From: an uncultured Gammaproteobacteria bacterium
GTDB taxonomy: Bacteria > Patescibacteriota > Microgenomatia > Levybacterales > GWA1-39-11
DNA length: 37,995 nucleotides
Assembly (NCBI GenBank): GCA_964519355.1
Contig: CAZFJW010000001.1
Span: forward strand, 1-37,995
Reading direction: 5' to 3'
Shown here in pieces: positions 32,287 to 37,995 of this stretch. The notes beneath the pieces are model-generated. The model ran no database searches. It saw only the letters and a list, made by a program, of their open reading frames with translations, and had not been told where the DNA came from. The position numbers and the translations under genes are program-made. The first letter of the stretch is position 1. Every line of letters begins with the position of its first letter.

Positions 32287-33326
32287 GCTGCAATTCCAGC
32301 AGCTGATTTATATTCTTCAATAGCTTCATTTCGTAATTCTACAGTTTCAAAAACACCGAACAACGGTACTGTTTCTTTGCTAAGACTTTTCTGAGGATCA
32401 AACCTATAATCAGACCATTCAGCTGTTTCTAAATTTATTTCGCCTATTTGATACCCTGCTGCTTTGGCAAATGCGACATATGGATCTACTTCTCCTCTTG
32501 GCTCATCAAACATGAAGTATTCACTTATTCCATGATTTGCAAAATAAGGTCCCAGGTGCGCCCCGCCCTTTCCGTGCAGAGTGCTTTTCTCATGCCTATC
32601 CTCTTCAAACATCTTTCTAAAATATCTATTCATTGCGACTACATATTGTCTTCTCCCCATGTATGTTGCAAGGGTAAATTCTCGTTGTCGCACGGTTGTT
32701 ACTTTGTCACGCCTCAGGGGTTCAATCTCAGTCAGTGTATTTTTATTGGGGTTGTAGGTAAAATTCCTTCCATCGCGACAAATTGTTATGTGCCGAGTGA
32801 ATAAGTTAATATCTACCGCAGCAAGTGGCTGTTTGTCTAAACTATAAAGTCCGAGTGCCACATGCGGTGGCGTATCCAGACCCCTATTATACTCATCTGA
32901 ATTATCTATTGGATCCAAAGCCCCGTATATTTGAACATTACTCTTGTCCCCTACAAAAAAGTGCCCCTCTCCATGCTCTGTTAACACCTCCATTGATATT
33001 CCATATCTATCTCCCATTTTTTTAAGACTTTCTTCTGCTATGGTTTGGGCTACGTGATCTAATTGGATTGAACTGTCTTCATCTCTACCTGGAACACTTG
33101 ATACAATTCTTCTTCCGAATCCAAAATCTACCAAATCTGCAACGGGAGTAGCAACATCTGCAGCAAAATTTACGACAACAAGGTTTGCAATATCAGGAAC
33201 CAGCAGTCCTTCAGGATTTGCAAGTTTCCAATTCTGTGGGAATTCTTGAGAACGAGACGGGTCTATGGCGAACTGATATCCGTCTTTTTGTAGCTGGGCA
33301 GCTATTGGAGACTCTATTAAGGTCAT
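32283..33326 (-). CDS. Divergent inositol-monophosphatase/FBPase-like (FIG superfamily) protein
   Basis: ALDPIDNSDEYNR resembles the IMPase motif (DPIDG[ST]xx[FY]). Other motifs are weak. 347 aa. Confidence 0.4.
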   Translation of the reverse strand: MTLIESPIAAQLQKDGYQFAIDPSRSQEFPQNWKLANPEGLLVPDIANLVVVNFAADVATPVADLVDFGFGRRIVSSVPGRDEDSSIQLDHVAQTIAEESLKKMGDRYGISMEVLTEHGEGHFFVGDKSNVQIYGALDPIDNSDEYNRGLDTPPHVALGLYSLDKQPLAAVDINLFTRHITICRDGRNFTYNPNKNTLTEIEPLRRDKVTTVRQREFTLATYMGRRQYVVAMNRYFRKMFEEDRHEKSTLHGKGGAHLGPYFANHGISEYFMFDEPRGEVDPYVAFAKAAGYQIGEINLETAEWSDYRFDPQKSLSKETVPLFGVFETVELRNEAIEEYKSAAGIAA

Positions 33327-33439
33327 CTTATAAAATTTGGGGAAATTTTAACGATTCTAACACATACCCTTGATCTTTTGCAACACTCGTGGTAGTATTC
33401 ATAAGGGTAACTTGCCCTCCACACCTTGACAGTTGAACT

Positions 33440-34699
33440 ATGAAAGTACAAGACGTAATGTCGCGTGAGGTAGATTTTGTAAAACCGAATGACCCGGTTG
33501 AACGGGCAGCTCTTCTCATTTTTGGACACAACATACACAGCCTTCCTGTATGTGAAGGAAAAAAGGTAATCGGAATGATTACTGAAAAAGATATTCTTCA
33601 AAGATTTTTCCCTTCAGTGCAGGAATTTATGGAAGACTTTGTTCATTCCTCTGATTTTGAATCCATGGAAGAAAAAGCCTCTGTTATCCTTTCCCTTCCC
33701 GTGAGCAAGATTATGAGCAAAACTATCCACACAGTTCACGCAGACTCTCCAATCCTAAAGGCTCATTCCATGATGAGCATCAAACAAATTGGAAGACTCC
33801 CGGTCGTTGATGATGAGAATAACCTTATCGGAGTACTCACAAAAGGAGATGTTTTCAGGTCTCTTATTGGAGACAAACTTCTGTTTACAGAAAATGAAGA
33901 CTACAATGATTTTCTCTCAAAAACATATTACCAGTCAGTTGATTCTAAAAATCGCCTCGCATTCGAAATGCCGGATCTGGAAAACGAATTTAAAAAACAT
34001 TCTGTCAAAACAGTTTTGGATATAGGATGCGGCACAGGAGATCATTCAATCGAGATGGCAAAAAGAGGATATGTTGTTTTTGGAATTGACAGAAGTCAGG
34101 CAATGATTGATGAGGCCAACAGACGCAAACAGGGTCTTGATCCAAAATTCGCAAAGAACTTGCATTTTTATCACAAAGATGCCGAAGAATTATTCGACGA
34201 ATTAAAAGTAGATTTTGATGCAATTCTTATTCTTGGAAATACTCTCTCACACAATCCTACCAATTTTAAACGGGTAATTATGAAATCATCAGAATATCTA
34301 GCCAAGGGGGGGGTTTTTATAATTCAAAACACAAATTTTGTAAAAATTATTGAAACCAAAAAAAGACTACAGAATTTTTCAATTGTTCCACAATCAGAAA
34401 AATTGATAAAAGAATATGCATTCTTGGAATTTTATGACCAGCCAGAAGACAAAAAAACAATTCTTAAAACCTTTGCAATTCTTGCACACGACAAAAACCG
34501 ATGGCGATGGTCTGGAATTAGAAATAGTCTTATGGCCTACATAGATCACGCGACACTTCCACCACTCTTGAAAAAAGCTGGATTCAAAAATGTAAAGTCC
34601 TATGGATCGAGCTTTGATGGAAGAACTTGGGATTATCTTTTCAGAAAACCTTTCGACCCAAAGAAAAGCGACTGGATGAATATTGTTGCTACTAAATAA
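33440..34699 (+). CDS. CBS-pair domain fused to class I SAM-dependent methyltransferase
   Basis: Two CBS motifs occupy aa 1-~140 (VMSREVDFV..., IGRLPVVDDENNLIGVLTKGDV). The SAM motif I VLDIGCGTGDH and FGIDRSQAMI follow. Confidence 0.8.
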   Translation: MKVQDVMSREVDFVKPNDPVERAALLIFGHNIHSLPVCEGKKVIGMITEKDILQRFFPSVQEFMEDFVHSSDFESMEEKASVILSLPVSKIMSKTIHTVHADSPILKAHSMMSIKQIGRLPVVDDENNLIGVLTKGDVFRSLIGDKLLFTENEDYNDFLSKTYYQSVDSKNRLAFEMPDLENEFKKHSVKTVLDIGCGTGDHSIEMAKRGYVVFGIDRSQAMIDEANRRKQGLDPKFAKNLHFYHKDAEELFDELKVDFDAILILGNTLSHNPTNFKRVIMKSSEYLAKGGVFIIQNTNFVKIIETKKRLQNFSIVPQSEKLIKEYAFLEFYDQPEDKKTILKTFAILAHDKNRWRWSGIRNSLMAYIDHATLPPLLKKAGFKNVKSYGSSFDGRTWDYLFRKPFDPKKSDWMNIVATK

Positions 34700-34706
34700 T
34701 TCTTTC

Positions 34707-36362
34707 CTATTTCTTTTTTAATCCTTCAAGAAGTTTTTTCTCTTTTTCTTTAATTTTCTCAGCAGTTCCTCGTCTGGCAAAATGATAGTCATTCATATCT
34801 ACTTGCAAAAATGATCCAATCAAAGGATACACTTTTTTTACAAGATCAGCCTTTTTTTGTTCTACTTTTCTATAATCTGGATGACCCTGAGGAATAGTTC
34901 TCAGCTCTATTTCCCAGAAGAGACTCCTCAAATTCTGTCTTTGCACAAAACGAACTCTATGCGACATTGTAACAACATATTGTGCCAGAACCGGATCTTT
35001 TTTTTCAATTTTATAGAATAGTTCCTCTGCCTGATCAAGTGCTGATTCATACATTTTCTGGAATCTTGTTCCTTCGAATTCAGGCGGAAGTGTCCTCCCA
35101 TGCACAACAGTAAACAGTTCTTTTTGCTGTGTAAGAATCCTATGACGATGCAAATCGCGCCAAGATCCGATACTCATACAAATATCAAAAGCAACAGTTG
35201 CATGCTCAAAAGCGCGAGGAACTTTATACCAGCGAGCGCGCCTTTTTGAAAGAACTTTCTCAAGTAATTTCTTTTTTTGTGTATCACTCATTTTTTTAAC
35301 ATGACCAACTATCTCATCAAATCCCTCATGCGCTGCAGGGAAAATAAGTCCCGCAAGAATTGCATCCTCACCATTCTTGTCATAAGAAATAAGTCTGACA
35401 TCCTCTTTTGATCCGGCACTCTTTTTTGGAATAAATTCTTTTGGGATTTCTTTTTGCGAATTAAGATAATCCCGATATTCTATTGCAGCTTCCCCATGTG
35501 CTCGTCGTAAAAAGGAAGGAATTATTTTCTCAAGTTCCACAAGCCCAGCTTCAGCAGCCCATCGAATTTCTCCAAGTCTGTGATCCAGAGATCTTGCAAC
35601 TAGATATTCAAATGCCTGACCATTCCCAAAAAATGCAACTTGGGACAGCGTTGCCATTGGCAAAAGCCCGCGAACTGTATCATATGCTTTTGCTTTTAAA
35701 ACAAGAACATTTTCTTCAGGAAAATGAGATTTTAATTCTTCAAAATATTCCCCCACCATTTTTGTATATGTATCAAAAAGGTTGTCCATTACCCTTTTGT
35801 ATTCCTTCTCAAGACCTATTTTCTCCAGATCCGGATCTATGTAATACCTATATTTTCCTTTTATTTTTGATGAGTAATCTACATATCTCGTTGATTTCTC
35901 AATTGGAGCAAGTCCGAGCCTCATATCCTCAAAGTGTTTTATTGCAATTTGTGAAAGCGAAGAATATATAAGATGTGCTCCCGCCATTTGTGCAATCGAA
36001 TCATCTCCGTATTGAGCAAGCCACTTCACATAAAATTCCCTCCCTTTGGGATTGGAGAAAATAAGCTCTACTGGATACCTATGAAAAAAGGAGATAAGTC
36101 TTTTTAATGATGTTCCATACCTGCTTTTTTCCTCAATAAACGGGCCGATAAATTCTCTTAAAAATATTGCTCTCAGGTCATCTTTTGCACGTGAAGTCCT
36201 AGAACATAATGCGCCAATTACTTCAGGTGGAAGAAATGAGACTGCAAATGCGTTTTTATCACTGTTTGTAAAGAATGGCTCGATGAGAAATTTTTCTTTT
36301 TTTGAAAACTCAGGCCTATCAAAAAGTGGAGAGAAAGAATTAAGAGTATTATTTTTTTTCAT
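34707..36362 (-). CDS. thyX: Long (551-aa) ThyX-like FAD-dependent thymidylate synthase
   Basis: ThyX-type RHR motif (WRDLHRHRILTQQ) in the C-terminal half and a second ThyX-like half at the N-terminus. It sits in an operon with dut and tmk. Confidence 0.65.
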   Translation of the reverse strand: MKKNNTLNSFSPLFDRPEFSKKEKFLIEPFFTNSDKNAFAVSFLPPEVIGALCSRTSRAKDDLRAIFLREFIGPFIEEKSRYGTSLKRLISFFHRYPVELIFSNPKGREFYVKWLAQYGDDSIAQMAGAHLIYSSLSQIAIKHFEDMRLGLAPIEKSTRYVDYSSKIKGKYRYYIDPDLEKIGLEKEYKRVMDNLFDTYTKMVGEYFEELKSHFPEENVLVLKAKAYDTVRGLLPMATLSQVAFFGNGQAFEYLVARSLDHRLGEIRWAAEAGLVELEKIIPSFLRRAHGEAAIEYRDYLNSQKEIPKEFIPKKSAGSKEDVRLISYDKNGEDAILAGLIFPAAHEGFDEIVGHVKKMSDTQKKKLLEKVLSKRRARWYKVPRAFEHATVAFDICMSIGSWRDLHRHRILTQQKELFTVVHGRTLPPEFEGTRFQKMYESALDQAEELFYKIEKKDPVLAQYVVTMSHRVRFVQRQNLRSLFWEIELRTIPQGHPDYRKVEQKKADLVKKVYPLIGSFLQVDMNDYHFARRGTAEKIKEKEKKLLEGLKKK

Positions 36363-36413
36363 ATCCTGCCAAGGAAATTTTAAACCAGTTTTAAGATGTC
36401 GTCAACTACAAAG

Positions 36414-36845
36414 CTACCCAGTGGAGCCAAATCCACCCCTGGATTTTTCCGACATTTTTTCAATTCCCAAAAGCTGGCTCTGATCAATTTTTACAATGAC
36501 ACATTGTGCTATTCTTTCCCCACGCTCTACCAATACTTCTTTTTTTGAAAAATTAAGAACTTGAAGTTTCAATTCATCTTCTTCCCCGCAATAGTCCTGA
36601 TCAATAATTCCCACCCCGTTTGGGATAAGCAGCTGTTTTTTAATTGGAGTCGAACTTCTCGGAAGTAAAAAGAGCCCATACCCATCTGGAATTTTTACGA
36701 CTAAATTCAATGGGATAAGTTTCACCTCAAATGAGGGAATCACTGTTTCGACACGTGCCACCAAATCAAATCCGATTGATCCCTCAGTTTTATATTCTGG
36801 ATCCGGGAGGTCTTTTTCTATTTTTTTGTATATGAGACTTGCCAT
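36414..36845 (-). CDS. dut: dUTP diphosphatase
   Basis: GFDL, PRSS, GIIDQDYCGE, RIAQ and C-terminal RGGFGSTG motifs. Confidence 0.9.
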   Translation of the reverse strand: MASLIYKKIEKDLPDPEYKTEGSIGFDLVARVETVIPSFEVKLIPLNLVVKIPDGYGLFLLPRSSTPIKKQLLIPNGVGIIDQDYCGEEDELKLQVLNFSKKEVLVERGERIAQCVIVKIDQSQLLGIEKMSEKSRGGFGSTG

Positions 36846-36846
36846 A

Positions 36847-37569
36847 TTAAATAATCTTCTTTTTCTTTAAAACCGATACTACTTCATTGTGAATTTCTTC
36901 AATTGATAAGAGCTTTCCCTCTTTCACACAATCAATTTTAACCCAATGAGAGAATCTTTCCAAGAGGCCAAGATATGCCTTTTCACTATTTTTCAAATAC
37001 GCAACATTTCCTTCTACAATATCTTTTGTTTTGCCCTTGGTGTATGCCCTTCCCGCTCTGTCTGTATTTTGCATGAGCCTTTGTGCATATTTGTACGGTA
37101 CATATAGGAAAACAACCAAATCCTCAGGAGGAAGTTTATTTTCTTTGTATTCCAATTCCAAAGACCATTTTAAATACTCCTCTCGTTCCTTTTTCTCAAG
37201 ACGTGATGACTGATGAGCAAGGTTTGAGGGTGTATAGCGATTCAAAAGAACTATTTTTCCAGATTTGAGCCATGAATAAATTTTCTTTGCAGCAGCTAGA
37301 CGATCAAGGGCATATGGAAAAGAAATAAGATATGGATTAACAGTTGCCAAATCACCAAATTCCCCTCGTAGATACCTGGCTATGAATTTCCCATAGAATG
37401 AGTCGTAATACTGAGGAAAATCTACAGTTTGTGTCTTTATTTTTTTCTCATCAATGTATTTTTTCAAAAGCTGCAGCTGAGTCGTTTTCCCTGATCCATC
37501 GCTTCCTTCTATAACAATAAGTTTTCCTGGATAATTGTTCTTTGGTATATACGAGTCTAATTTTTGCAT
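36847..37569 (-). CDS. tmk: Thymidylate (dTMP) kinase
   Basis: P-loop IVIEGSDGSGKTTQ. The start is placed at Met28 of the track ORF to avoid a 50-nt overlap with the upstream acyltransferase gene. Confidence 0.8.
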   Translation of the reverse strand: MQKLDSYIPKNNYPGKLIVIEGSDGSGKTTQLQLLKKYIDEKKIKTQTVDFPQYYDSFYGKFIARYLRGEFGDLATVNPYLISFPYALDRLAAAKKIYSWLKSGKIVLLNRYTPSNLAHQSSRLEKKEREEYLKWSLELEYKENKLPPEDLVVFLYVPYKYAQRLMQNTDRAGRAYTKGKTKDIVEGNVAYLKNSEKAYLGLLERFSHWVKIDCVKEGKLLSIEEIHNEVVSVLKKKKII

Positions 37570-37600
37570 TAGTCTTTTTGAATTTTTAACACATGGTTTT

Positions 37601-37995
37601 TCATCTATTTGAGTAAACTCCTCTATACTCTGCGGGCAGAAGGCCTGCAACGAGTTTCATTGTACGATCCATAAGTTCCTTTTGTCCACTGGTGCTTTCC
37701 ATATCAATTCCGGCACCAAGAAGTGAAACAGGTGTGCTCTTGCCAACTGCAACTTGCGCATTTGTACCTCTTTTTGGGAGTGCTCTATCGACCGGAAAAA
37801 CAATTTCCGTGTTCCAAATACCAAGGGGCAGCACGCGCGTTTCGGGGTGCATCAGCATGTATCGAGACACTTTGGGATTGGCTTCTTTCAATTGCGCAGA
37901 TCTGCTTCTCGTACCTTCTGGAAACACAACTAAGGGATGTCCCGCCTCAAGTACCATTTTGCTTGCCTGAGCTGCTCTTGCATTTACTTGTGATT
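37601..37995 (-). CDS. plsC: 1-acyl-sn-glycerol-3-phosphate acyltransferase-like protein, C-terminal part (5' end outside window)
   Basis: FPEGTRS motif. The reading frame stays open upstream of Met 37957 to the window edge (...NARAAQASKMVLEAGHPLVVFPEGTRS). Confidence 0.65.
   Translation of the reverse strand, partial: SQVNARAAQASKMVLEAGHPLVVFPEGTRSRSAQLKEANPKVSRYMLMHPETRVLPLGIWNTEIVFPVDRALPKRGTNAQVAVGKSTPVSLLGAGIDMESTSGQKELMDRTMKLVAGLLPAEYRGVYSNR

Overview
This is a low-GC (mid-30s % by eye), tightly packed bacterial chromosome fragment. I call about 49 protein genes and saw no rRNA, tRNA or CRISPR array. Several traits fit a small-genome Candidate Phyla Radiation (Patescibacteria)-like organism, though this is inference only: a short EF-Ts, a long fused ThyX, a CofE-like ligase, a four-helix-bundle (23S-IVS/Avd family) gene, many anchored surface proteins and very few Shine-Dalgarno sites. 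Housekeeping blocks are recR-frr-rseP-tsf-rpsB (18.2-22.1 kb), uppS-glyA (29.8-32.3 kb) and a dTMP operon plsC'-tmk-dut-thyX (34.7-38.0 kb).

Main items worth a second look:
1. An eight-gene cell-surface island at 22.2-29.8 kb. It holds two cohesin-like proteins, two tandem vWA proteins, a 701-aa protein with about 55 cysteines, and PT-linker proteins. Four of them share a prepilin-like N-terminal module.
2. A heptanucleotide-periodic inverted-repeat element. It brackets the four-helix-bundle gene at 30.55-30.97 kb and recurs as two ORF-less ~90-nt miniature copies at 20.63 kb and 28.66 kb.
3. Good -10 boxes sit 5-9 nt upstream of many start codons, which implies mostly leaderless mRNAs.
4. 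A MATCAP/DUF1704-like carboxypeptidase, an unknown protein and a CofE-like ligase form a trio at 14.7-17.3 kb.
5. A membrane-anchored FabD-like acyltransferase lies at 8.9-10.05 kb.
6. The first ~570 nt are markedly GC-rich, unlike the rest of the window.

All domain calls come from reading motifs by eye; no database search was run.
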